This document shows positions 37,145-45,182 of a stretch of 64,000 bases of DNA, piece by piece. The DNA is from an uncultured Chlamydiae bacterium (GTDB lineage Bacteria > Chlamydiota > Chlamydiia > Chlamydiales > SM23-39). The notes under the pieces are model-generated. The model did not search any database, had not been told where the DNA came from, and was given only the letters and a program-made list of their open reading frames with translations. Numbering within the stretch: the stretch's first letter is position 1; each line of letters opens with the position of its first letter. Both the position numbers and the translations under genes were made by a program. Location: the NCBI GenBank assembly GCA_963828125.1, contig CAWHDP010000002.1, positions 96,001 to 160,000 of the forward strand, given 5' to 3'.

Positions 37145-37296
37145 GGCCCAGTCCCCAAGAGGGTAAGAGGGCCATTGTAGTATTTTCAGTAAAAATAAGC
37201 AAGATCAGAGTGGCGAGAGCAGCAGCTCCCGCTGGAAGTGGGAACTCGCGAACTTCTTCCGCTCTGTGAGAAATAGCGGCTATGTCAAGAGATTTA

Positions 37297-37340
37297 TACT
37301 GCGGCCACCCCAAATTCATATTTTTGAGGTGGCCGCAGTA
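37297..37340. mobile_element. Family A MITE, 44-bp copy, TA-flanked
   Basis: TA-TACTGCGGCCACCCCAAATTCATATTTTTGAGGTGGCCGCAGTA-TA. Confidence 0.85.
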
Positions 37341-37474
37341 TATCATGCAATTTCCCTGACACTTGAAAATAAAAATTTTTAATTAAATTGTTATTTTTCT
37401 ATTTACTGTATCTATATTCTGGTTTTTTTGTATAATCCTTGCAACATCATGCGTCTCGCATAATATGGAACAAA

Positions 37475-39025
37475 ATGAAAATAGTGTCAGGATTCATGGA
37501 ATCACACGTTCTGCAAGTGCAAAATGAACGATTTCAAAAATTAGTATCTGGTTACAATATCAGTAAACAGGTCTGGAATCAAGGTGGTGTCAAAAAAATT
37601 GTTGCATGTGTGGTGGCTTTTTTTGAATTATTAAGAAATTTAGTTGTTTTGATTCCTAATGCAGTCATTACGTTAGCGAACCGTTTCCATCCCATTGTTT
37701 TTCCCGCTCAAAAAGAATTGACCAACCCAAATCCGAGTCATCCAGAGAATAACAAAAATGCCATAGAATTAAAACAACCGGATCCAGTCAAAATAGAAAC
37801 TCCCAGTTTGTTTCGTAGAACGGTAAATAAAATATATGGTTTTTTAAAAAATCATCCTGTTGCATGCGGATTGGGATTAGCCGCAGGACTAGGCATTGGA
37901 GGGGCCGTATACATGGGAGCTTTTTCTTCAGCAGCAGGAGGCGGATTAGCTGTTACGGGGCCTTGTATGGGGTCTGGAGCTTTCATGCAAGCGGTAGCTG
38001 AATTAACGGCTACTTGTGAGGCGTCTACAGCGGCAGGTACTACAGCGGCAGGAGTAGCTTCGACGGTTACGGGGTCAGGAGTCGCATTGGGTGGATTAAA
38101 TGCTGGAGGAACTTGTGCGGCGCCTGGAGCTTTCATGGAAGCGGTAGCTGGATTAACGGCTACTTGTGAGGCGTCTACAGCGACAGGTACTACAGCAGCA
38201 GGAGTAGCTTCGACGGTCACGGGGTCAGGAGTCGCATTGGGTGGATTAGATGCTGGAGGAACTTGTGCGGCGCCTGGAGCTTTCATGAAGTCAGTGGCTG
38301 AATTAGCTGCTCGAGGAACTTGTGCGGCGCCTGGAGCTTTCATGAAGTCAGTGGCTGAATTAGCTGCTCGAGGAACTTGTGCGGCGCCTGGAGCTTTCAT
38401 GAAGTCAGTGGATGGATTAGCTGCTCGAGGAACTTGTCCGGCGCCTGGAGCTTTCATGAAGTCAGTGGATGGATTAGCTGCTCGAGGAACTTTTGCGGCG
38501 CCTGGTAGAGTTTCTGAGTTTATTACGGGTTTTTTCAGTTTAAAGACATTGGTTATGGCAATTAGCGCATTCGTAGCTGGATTTTTCACTATACGGGCCG
38601 CGCGCGACTTCTGCGAAATGTTGCCGCCGGAGCCAAAAAAAAATAAATCGCATATAATAGCGGCAATGCGAGAGAGGGATCAAAAGAACGAAAACATCAG
38701 AGAACAGAAGAGACAAAAAGAAGAACAGCTAGCGGCACAACGACAACGACACATGGAGGAACAACAACGACAAATGGAGGCATACCAACAACGAACAATA
38801 GAGGCAGAACGATTAACGCAGAGCGCCAAAAGGTTCCCTTTGAAACGGAATGAAAAATACGGCCCATTTGAGCATCTACCTCCTTTTACTAACCAGGGAG
38901 GTGGATATATACATAGTTTGTCATCGTCTCAAGCAGTTGGGCAAGCCGCATCTGATCTGGCAAAGCAAACTCGAGGACGACGGGGTCGACGACGGGGTCA
39001 GGGTCAGCCCACCAAGAAACAATGA
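37475..39025 (+). CDS. Orphan membrane protein with tandem repeats and coiled coil, putative effector
   Basis: Open frame 37439-39025; start uncertain (ATG 37475 or 37496). Hydrophobic segments flank Cys-containing repeats. Q/E/R coiled coil and basic tail. Confidence 0.78.
   Translation: MKIVSGFMESHVLQVQNERFQKLVSGYNISKQVWNQGGVKKIVACVVAFFELLRNLVVLIPNAVITLANRFHPIVFPAQKELTNPNPSHPENNKNAIELKQPDPVKIETPSLFRRTVNKIYGFLKNHPVACGLGLAAGLGIGGAVYMGAFSSAAGGGLAVTGPCMGSGAFMQAVAELTATCEASTAAGTTAAGVASTVTGSGVALGGLNAGGTCAAPGAFMEAVAGLTATCEASTATGTTAAGVASTVTGSGVALGGLDAGGTCAAPGAFMKSVAELAARGTCAAPGAFMKSVAELAARGTCAAPGAFMKSVDGLAARGTCPAPGAFMKSVDGLAARGTFAAPGRVSEFITGFFSLKTLVMAISAFVAGFFTIRAARDFCEMLPPEPKKNKSHIIAAMRERDQKNENIREQKRQKEEQLAAQRQRHMEEQQRQMEAYQQRTIEAERLTQSAKRFPLKRNEKYGPFEHLPPFTNQGGGYIHSLSSSQAVGQAASDLAKQTRGRRGRRRGQGQPTKKQ
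37976..38503 (+). repeat. Intragenic tandem repeats: 2 x 150 bp followed by 4 x 57 bp
   Basis: GGAGCTTTCATG recurs at 37976, 38126, 38276, 38333, 38390 and 38447. Confidence 0.95.
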
Positions 39026-39101
39026 TTAGATCTTCTGTTTACAAAGAGTATGCATAAACTAGGAAATCTGGTAGACTGCCCGAAAACCTACCCCGGACGC
39101 C

Positions 39102-39536
39102 ATGCCCCTACCTCCGCAAAAATTTAGAGAAGCCGTTTTTCAGATCTTGTATAGCGCCGATTTCGGCTCTGAGTCGGACGCGATGGTTCCGTTTATGATG
39201 CAGGAGCTGCAGACGACCCGGAGGGCAATGCTTGAGGCGAAGAGCCGGGTGGGCGAGATTCTAGCGAGGCAAACCGAGATCGATGAAATCATCACTGCTG
39301 CCTCTACTGAGTATACGTTTGAGCGGATTTCGCGTGTTGAGAAGACTCTCCTCCGCCTCGGGTGTTTTGAGCTTTTATTCGACCCCTCTCTTCCAGCCCA
39401 GATTGTGATTGCCGAGTCGGTTCGTCTTTGCCGCAAGTTTGGGACTCCCGAAAGCGCTCAGTTTGTGAATGCGATTTTAGATGGAGTTTATAAAAAACAT
39501 GGCGCTCCAGCTCCAAACGTGCCGCAGCCTGTCTGA
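39102..39536 (+). CDS. nusB: Transcription antitermination factor NusB
   Basis: REAVFQILY, EKTLLRLG and FVNAILD. Confidence 0.93.
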   Translation: MPLPPQKFREAVFQILYSADFGSESDAMVPFMMQELQTTRRAMLEAKSRVGEILARQTEIDEIITAASTEYTFERISRVEKTLLRLGCFELLFDPSLPAQIVIAESVRLCRKFGTPESAQFVNAILDGVYKKHGAPAPNVPQPV

Positions 39537-40341
39537 ATTTTCTACATTTGGAATCGGCGGGCCCATCCGTTATTTCGTCGAAGTGGCCACCATCGAAGAG
39601 ATGGACGAGGTCTTTCGGCTCGATTTCCCTAAGCTGATTATTGGCAAAGGCTCTAACTGTTTATTTAGCGATCAAGGATTTAGCGGCCTTGTGATTCTCA
39701 ACAAAATCGATTTTTGCAATTGGAATGGCGGAGAGGTGACTGCCGGTTCTGGGTATTCTTTTTCTCTACTCGGCGTCCAAACGGCCCGCAAAGGGTTGTC
39801 AGGGCTCGAATTCGCATCGGGGATTCCTGCGACTGTCGGCGGCGCCGTCTTTATGAATGCTGGCGCAAACGGATCAGAGACTTCTAAGAGCGTGAAATCG
39901 GTCCTTTTTTTTGACGGATGCCGCCATAGGGAATATCTCCGCTCAGAGATTGCATTCGGCTATAGGAGTTCCCCTTTTCAGAAAATGGGTGGGGTGATCC
40001 TCTCTGCCACTTTTTCTTTAACGCCATCGGAAGAGGCGCGGAAATCGCAATTAGAGATCATCGATTACCGAATAAAAACCCAGCCGCTAAAAGAAAAAAG
40101 CATCGGCTGTATTTTCCGCAATCCGCAAGGCGTCTCTGCGGGGGCCCTCATCGACCGATGCGGCCTTAAGGGGGCTTCGGTCGGCTCTGCGAAAGTCTCA
40201 GAAATACACGCTAACTTCATTGTGAATCGAGGGAACGCCTCTGCCGAAGAGGTTAAACAGCTCATTCGACTTGTGCAGGAAAAGGTTTTAGAGCAAACTG
40301 GAGTTTGTCTCGAACCTGAAATCCGAATGATCGATGCCTAA
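39499..40341 (+). CDS. murB: UDP-N-acetylenolpyruvoylglucosamine reductase
   Basis: TFGIGG, GKGSN, GIPATVGGAVFMNAGA, GCIFRNP and HANF. Confidence 0.95.
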   Translation: MALQLQTCRSLSEFSTFGIGGPIRYFVEVATIEEMDEVFRLDFPKLIIGKGSNCLFSDQGFSGLVILNKIDFCNWNGGEVTAGSGYSFSLLGVQTARKGLSGLEFASGIPATVGGAVFMNAGANGSETSKSVKSVLFFDGCRHREYLRSEIAFGYRSSPFQKMGGVILSATFSLTPSEEARKSQLEIIDYRIKTQPLKEKSIGCIFRNPQGVSAGALIDRCGLKGASVGSAKVSEIHANFIVNRGNASAEEVKQLIRLVQEKVLEQTGVCLEPEIRMIDA

Positions 40342-41161
40342 AGAATTTCGCGCTGATATCCACTGCCACACAAACTGTTCCGATGGATCAGACGCTCCTC
40401 TCGCCCTTCTTCGCCTAGCTAGGGAGGCTGATTTGCAAGGGCTCTCGATCACTGACCACGATACGATAGACGCTTATACCCCTGAACTCTTTGTGGAAGC
40501 GAAGAGTCTTGACGTCCTCCTCTTGCCAGGGATCGAAATCTCCTCTGAATTGGACGACGTGTCGGTCCACATCCTCGGCTATGGCTTTGATCTTAACGAC
40601 GCGGGATTAAAGGAATTTCTCATCCTGATGCAAGAGAGGAGAGGAGAGCGGAATCGGGCGATTCTGAAGAAGCTAGCAGAGCGAAAGATGCCGATTTCTG
40701 AGGAGGAGTTGAATGCCTTTGCAACGGAGCGGACCGTCGGTAGGCCTCACATTGCCCAAATGATGGTGAGGAAAAGGTATGTGGCCACCATACAGGAGGC
40801 TTTTGAAATCTATCTGAAAGAAGGGGGGCTTTGCTACGCCTCTGGCATTAAATATTCGCCCCGCGAAGTGATCGATCAGATCCATAAAGCGAGGGGACAG
40901 GCGGTCCTCGCCCACCCCCACTTCATTAAAAAAGGGGCTTTTTTAAGAAAACTGCTCGACCTCCCGTTCGACGGGCTCGAATGCTATTACTCAAGGCTCG
41001 CTAAAGCGCTCGAGCTCCCCTGGCTAAAAATTGCCAAAGAGCGAGGACTCATCGCTACCGGCGGCTCCGATTACCACGGCGCTCTCAAGCCCCACATCCC
41101 GCTCGGATGCTCATGGGTCGGCGAACAGACCTTCACTCGACTTCTTCACAATCCAAAATAG
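40334..41161 (+). CDS. PHP domain metal-dependent phosphoesterase (TrpH/YciV-like)
   Basis: DIHCHT..SDG, ITDHD, GRPHIA, LAHP and GGSDYHG. Confidence 0.92.
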   Translation: MPKEFRADIHCHTNCSDGSDAPLALLRLAREADLQGLSITDHDTIDAYTPELFVEAKSLDVLLLPGIEISSELDDVSVHILGYGFDLNDAGLKEFLILMQERRGERNRAILKKLAERKMPISEEELNAFATERTVGRPHIAQMMVRKRYVATIQEAFEIYLKEGGLCYASGIKYSPREVIDQIHKARGQAVLAHPHFIKKGAFLRKLLDLPFDGLECYYSRLAKALELPWLKIAKERGLIATGGSDYHGALKPHIPLGCSWVGEQTFTRLLHNPK

Positions 41162-41677
41162 CGAAGGGGCTCTTGTCCGGTTTACCCACCGATGATGGCA
41201 CGCCGACCCCACGGCATACGGCAAACGGGCAGCCCACTCTCCAATTGCCTGCTCCTCGCGGAGCCCCTCCTCATGGCCCGGATAGCACACCACTGAAAGA
41301 GCGCCTCCGGGCGCCAGCAAACGGAGGCTTTTATCTAGACTCGATAAGGTCGATTCCGTTTGGGTCGTGATCGACTTCTCTCCTCCCGGCAAGTAACCCA
41401 GGTTGTAGACGATCAGCTTGGGAGGCGAGGGGAGGGGGATCTGGTCGATCGCCTCGTGCGACAAACAATAAATCAATGCCTGCCGCCCCTCTTTTTCCAA
41501 AAGAGCCTTTGTGTTTTGTACAGCCACCCTTTGAATATCGATCCCAATCACAGAACAAATTCCCGCTAAAAACAATGTGTCGTATCCATTGCCGCACGTA
41601 GAGTCGATCGCCCAATCAGAGCTTTTTAAAAGCCCCTTCCAATAATTTTTTGCCAATAAAAGATGAGGTGCGCGCAT
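41111..41677 (-). CDS. SAM-dependent methyltransferase, YtqB/MnmM-like
   Basis: DSTCGNGYDT, NLGYLPGG and YPGHEEG. Confidence 0.85.
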   Translation of the reverse strand: MRAPHLLLAKNYWKGLLKSSDWAIDSTCGNGYDTLFLAGICSVIGIDIQRVAVQNTKALLEKEGRQALIYCLSHEAIDQIPLPSPPKLIVYNLGYLPGGEKSITTQTESTLSSLDKSLRLLAPGGALSVVCYPGHEEGLREEQAIGEWAARLPYAVGSACHHRWVNRTRAPSLFWIVKKSSEGLFADP

Positions 41678-41752
41678 GCCGATATTATACCCGCGCAACC
41701 CATTTTTCTTCCCATTTATTCCCCATTTGGCTATGATGCTTAAAGTTTGAAA

Positions 41753-41826
41753 GGGGTGTTAGCTCAGTTGGTTAGAGCGCTACGTTGACATCGTAGAGGT
41801 CAGCTGTTCGAGTCAGCTACATCCCA
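41753..41826 (+). tRNA. tRNA-Val(GAC), CCA not encoded
   Basis: Acceptor GGGGTGT/ACATCCC, anticodon arm CTACG-TTGACAT-CGTAG, T loop GTTCGAG. Confidence 0.95.
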
Positions 41827-41839
41827 ACCTTGATGGTTC

Positions 41840-42841
41840 ATGTTGGATATCTCGACTTTGCGCCGCACAGCGGCAGAAATAGCCGCTTTGGCCCTCTCAG
41901 AACTCTACCCCGGCGTTCACCTGTTGGGCGGCGGCGAGACCCCCCTCGGCTTTTATTACGACTTCTCTATCCCCTACCCCGTTCACATTCACCTCGTTGA
42001 AGAAAAAATGAGGCAGATCATCCGCGAAAAACGGGAGATCCGCACCCTCGAAATGGTCCCTTTCAGCGCCGCCGAACTGCTCAAAAGTGAGGGGCTTTTG
42101 TCCCGTTTGGGGGAACTCTCGGGAGAAGAGGGGCTCGTCGAATTGATCCAAATCGGAAAATTTTATGACCTCAGCCCAGGCCCCCATCTCAAAAATACAG
42201 CAGGTCTTGCCGCTTTCAAAATTTCCATGGAACCACTCCCTGAGAATAGCATCAGAATTCTCGGCTGGTGCGAACAGTCGAAAGACGCCCTCAAACAATT
42301 TTTGAAAAAATTGGATCAATATACGGAACCAGCTGTATTAGGGGAGCGGATGAAACTCTGGAAAGGGGATGTTTGGCTCCCAGCCGGGCTGAAAATGAGA
42401 CAGGAACTCACTCAATTTTTAAAAAAAAAATGGTTTGTCAACGCCCTCGAAATCGGAGGGCCTTATGGAGCCGATCGGCTTGAACTCCACCGCTCGATGG
42501 GGGTGGCGAAGGTGGCCGAAATCTGGATGCCGACATCCGGCGAGACCTGCATTCAAGTCAGTTTTTTTGGAAAACCCGAGGGGGAAATGATTTCCCTCTT
42601 GCAATCGATTGGAAAAACCCTTACTATCTTAGGCTTTGATCATTCTACTGTCCCTGTGGGGCGGGAGGTTGATTATTTAGTAGAGGACGGGTTGGGTAGA
42701 GTCCACCCTCTGGTCCATGTGAAGAAGGCGTCGAGGAAAGGGTTCTTGGCGGACGGTTTTTATATGACAGCCGTGGTGGAGAGAATTTTGTTTCAAATGC
42801 TGGAGAAAAACCTTATGATGGTAGAGCTTGAGAATCAATAG
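41840..42841 (+). CDS. Degenerate threonyl-tRNA synthetase-like protein lacking catalytic residues
   Basis: GFYYDF, DLSPGPHL, DGLGR and VERIL remnants. Sits at the thrS position before infC. Only 333 aa. Confidence 0.75.
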   Translation: MLDISTLRRTAAEIAALALSELYPGVHLLGGGETPLGFYYDFSIPYPVHIHLVEEKMRQIIREKREIRTLEMVPFSAAELLKSEGLLSRLGELSGEEGLVELIQIGKFYDLSPGPHLKNTAGLAAFKISMEPLPENSIRILGWCEQSKDALKQFLKKLDQYTEPAVLGERMKLWKGDVWLPAGLKMRQELTQFLKKKWFVNALEIGGPYGADRLELHRSMGVAKVAEIWMPTSGETCIQVSFFGKPEGEMISLLQSIGKTLTILGFDHSTVPVGREVDYLVEDGLGRVHPLVHVKKASRKGFLADGFYMTAVVERILFQMLEKNLMMVELENQ

Positions 42842-43373
42842 AGAAATTCGTGCAGATCGGCTGAGAGTCATCACAGAGGATGGCGAGCAGCTGGGGATAT
42901 TGACCTTCCGGGAAGCGTTAGCTAAGGCGGAAGAGATGGGGCTCGATTTAGTGGAGATTGCCCCGACGGCGAAGCCTCCTGTTGCGAAGATTATCGATTA
43001 TGGAAAACTCCGCTACTATCAAGCAAAGAAAGAGAAAGAGGGTAAAAAAGCGCAAGTCGTGATTAAGGTGAAGGAGATCAAACTCAAGCCGAACATCGAT
43101 ACTCACGATTTCCAGACGAAAGTGAAGCACGCCCGGGACTTTGTCCTCAAGGGGTGCAAGGTGCGCATCAGCATTGTGTTTCGAGGTCGAGAGATGTTGC
43201 ATATCGATCTTGGACAGAAAGTGGTCAAGCAATTTTGCGAGGAGCTTTCTGATATAGCGCTTGTTGAAACGCCCCCGAAATTATTGGGCCGTACGATGAC
43301 GACTATTTTATCGCCGACAGGGAAGCGGCCTAAAACAAACGAAAAGAAAATTGGAGAATCAACCAGTGCCTAA
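42828..43373 (+). CDS. infC: Translation initiation factor IF-3
   Basis: RINREIR, LDLVEIAP..KPPVAKIIDYGK and FRGRE. Start is TTG. Confidence 0.96.
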   Translation: MRINREIRADRLRVITEDGEQLGILTFREALAKAEEMGLDLVEIAPTAKPPVAKIIDYGKLRYYQAKKEKEGKKAQVVIKVKEIKLKPNIDTHDFQTKVKHARDFVLKGCKVRISIVFRGREMLHIDLGQKVVKQFCEELSDIALVETPPKLLGRTMTTILSPTGKRPKTNEKKIGESTSA

Positions 43374-43560
43374 AATGAAGACACGGAAGGCGATGAAGGC
43401 CCGTTTTAAAGTGACTGGACGAGGAAAATTAAAGAGGACCCGTCCTGGACGCCGCCATATATTGACGAAGAAGAGTTCGAAGCGCAAGCGAAGCCTTGCC
43501 AAATCGAGGCTTGTCGATGCAGGACAAGTGAAGATGTATAAAATAATGATAGGAGCTTAA
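43366..43560 (+). CDS. rpmI: 50S ribosomal protein L35
   Basis: GTG start; PKMKTRK..KARFKVTG and RHILTKKS. Confidence 0.95.
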   Translation: MPKMKTRKAMKARFKVTGRGKLKRTRPGRRHILTKKSSKRKRSLAKSRLVDAGQVKMYKIMIGA

Positions 43561-43562
43561 CC

Positions 43563-43922
43563 ATGGTTAGAGTCACTAATTCGGTCGCGGCCCGCAAAAG
43601 AACCAAGAGGCTCCTCAAGCGCTGTAAAGGTTTTTACGGAGATCGGAAAAATCACTTGAAGCTCAGTAAAGACGCATTGATGTCTGCGCTGGCGTTCAAT
43701 TATAAGCATAGGAAGCTGCGGAAGCGCGATTTCCGGAGTCTTTGGATTACCCGAATCGGGGTAGCCGCCAAACTCAACGGACTTTCATATAGCCGCTTCA
43801 TCAATGGATTGAAAAAAGTAGGCTGTGAGATGAATCGGAAAATTTTGGCTGAAATTGCGATTCGCGATCCTGGTGCGTTTACGGCGATTGCAGGGACGGC
43901 TAAGCAAGGTCTTGTAGCTTAA
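43563..43922 (+). CDS. rplT: 50S ribosomal protein L20
   Basis: MVRV, KRDFRSLWITRI and NRKILAEIA. Confidence 0.97.
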   Translation: MVRVTNSVAARKRTKRLLKRCKGFYGDRKNHLKLSKDALMSALAFNYKHRKLRKRDFRSLWITRIGVAAKLNGLSYSRFINGLKKVGCEMNRKILAEIAIRDPGAFTAIAGTAKQGLVA

Positions 43923-43934
43923 GGGGTCTTTTTT

Positions 43935-44966
43935 ATGGCCTCCCTTCACGAGCAGATTGGCGAACTTCGCTCCAAGTTCATGAGTGAGCTGAGGGAGGCC
44001 GTCCATTCGAAGGATCTTGAGAACATCAAATCCAAATATCTGGGCAAGAAGGGGCCCGTTCAGGCGCTGATGCTCTCTTTGAAGAGTTGCAGCCCCGAAG
44101 AGCGGCCTCACTTCGGCAAGCTCGTTAATGACTTGAAGGAGGAGTTGATCGCCCATTGCGACCATAGCCTCGCCCGCGTGAAGCAAGCCGAACTCAACGA
44201 ACGGCTGAAAAGGGAGTGGCTCGATGCGACCCTGCCAGGCAGGCGCACCCGTCAAGGGCGGCTTCACCCGGTCACCCAGGCGATGAATCGGATCATCGAT
44301 ATACTGGTCGGCATGGGATTTTCCGTTCAGCTCGGTCCAGACGTCGATACCGATTATTACAATTTCGAAGGGTTGAATTTTGCCGAGGGCCACCCGGCTC
44401 GCGATATGCAGGACACCTTTTATCTCTCTCCTGATCTCCTCCTCCGGACCCACACGAGCAACGTCCAGGTACACGCCATGGAGAAATACCTCCCTCCGAT
44501 CCGGATCATTGCACCCGGCCGTTGTTTCCGCAATGAGGACATATCGGCCAGATCCCACGTTTTTTTTCATCAGATTGAAGGATTTTACATCGATCGAAAC
44601 GTCACGTTTGCCGATCTATTTTCGACGATGGATGACTTTCTCGGTAAGCTCCTTGGCGAAAAGGTGGAGACCCGCTATCGCCCCTCCTATTTTCCTTTCG
44701 TGGAGCCCGGCCTTGAAGTCGACGTCCGGTGCATTTCGTGCAAAGGGGCTGGCTGCCGGATCTGCAAGCAGACAGGGTGGCTGGAGATTCTCGGCGCAGG
44801 GATGATTCATCCCAACGTTCTGAAGAGAGGCAATATCGATCCAGAGAGCTATTCGGGTTATGCTTGGGGGATGGGGATCGAACGGCTGACGATGCTTTTG
44901 GGCGACATCCGAGACATCCGACTCTTTACGGAGAACGATCTCCGGTTCTTGGAGCAATTTCCTTGA
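43935..44966 (+). CDS. pheS: Phenylalanyl-tRNA synthetase alpha subunit
   Basis: HPARDMQDTF, LLRTHTS, YFPFVEP and GMGIER. Confidence 0.97.
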   Translation: MASLHEQIGELRSKFMSELREAVHSKDLENIKSKYLGKKGPVQALMLSLKSCSPEERPHFGKLVNDLKEELIAHCDHSLARVKQAELNERLKREWLDATLPGRRTRQGRLHPVTQAMNRIIDILVGMGFSVQLGPDVDTDYYNFEGLNFAEGHPARDMQDTFYLSPDLLLRTHTSNVQVHAMEKYLPPIRIIAPGRCFRNEDISARSHVFFHQIEGFYIDRNVTFADLFSTMDDFLGKLLGEKVETRYRPSYFPFVEPGLEVDVRCISCKGAGCRICKQTGWLEILGAGMIHPNVLKRGNIDPESYSGYAWGMGIERLTMLLGDIRDIRLFTENDLRFLEQFP

Positions 44967-45005
44967 TTAAAAAGACTTAAAAGGCGTAAGATCAGTCCTT
45001 CTTTT

Positions 45006-45094
45006 GGAAGAGTGGCAGAGTGGCCGATTGCACCTGTCTTGAAAACAGGAGGCCCTTCCGGGGTCCGTGGGTTCGAATCCTACCTCTTCCGCCA
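45006..45094 (+). tRNA. tRNA-Ser(TGA), CCA encoded
   Basis: GGAAGAG/CTCTTCC acceptor, CCTGT-CTTGAAA-ACAGG anticodon arm, long variable arm, GCCA end. Confidence 0.95.
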
Positions 45095-45099
45095 TTATG

Positions 45100-45160
45100 T
45101 ACCACCATCGGCCAATGACTTGGCTTGGGTTCAAATCCAAGTTGTTGGCCGGTGGTGGTA
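45100..45160. repeat. 61-bp hairpin between tRNA-Ser and the convergent symporter
   Basis: TACCACCATCGGCCAATGACTTGG...CCAAGTTGTTGGCCGGTGGTGGTA. Confidence 0.7.
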
Positions 45161-45182
45161 TAATCCCTTCGAGTCCTGAATC

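Noticed and set aside
37206..37266. SRP RNA, 6S RNA or a known riboswitch
   Set aside because: It lacks the SRP CAGG-GNRA-AGCAG arrangement and any riboswitch consensus I recognise. Kept only as a weak unexplained hairpin.
37976..38503. Possible CRISPR array
   Set aside because: Units are in-frame multiples of 3 inside an ORF, with no unique spacers and no cas genes.
41840..42841. Annotating this gene as functional thrS
   Set aside because: It is about half the normal length, and the editing, zinc-binding and anticodon-binding elements are not recognisable.
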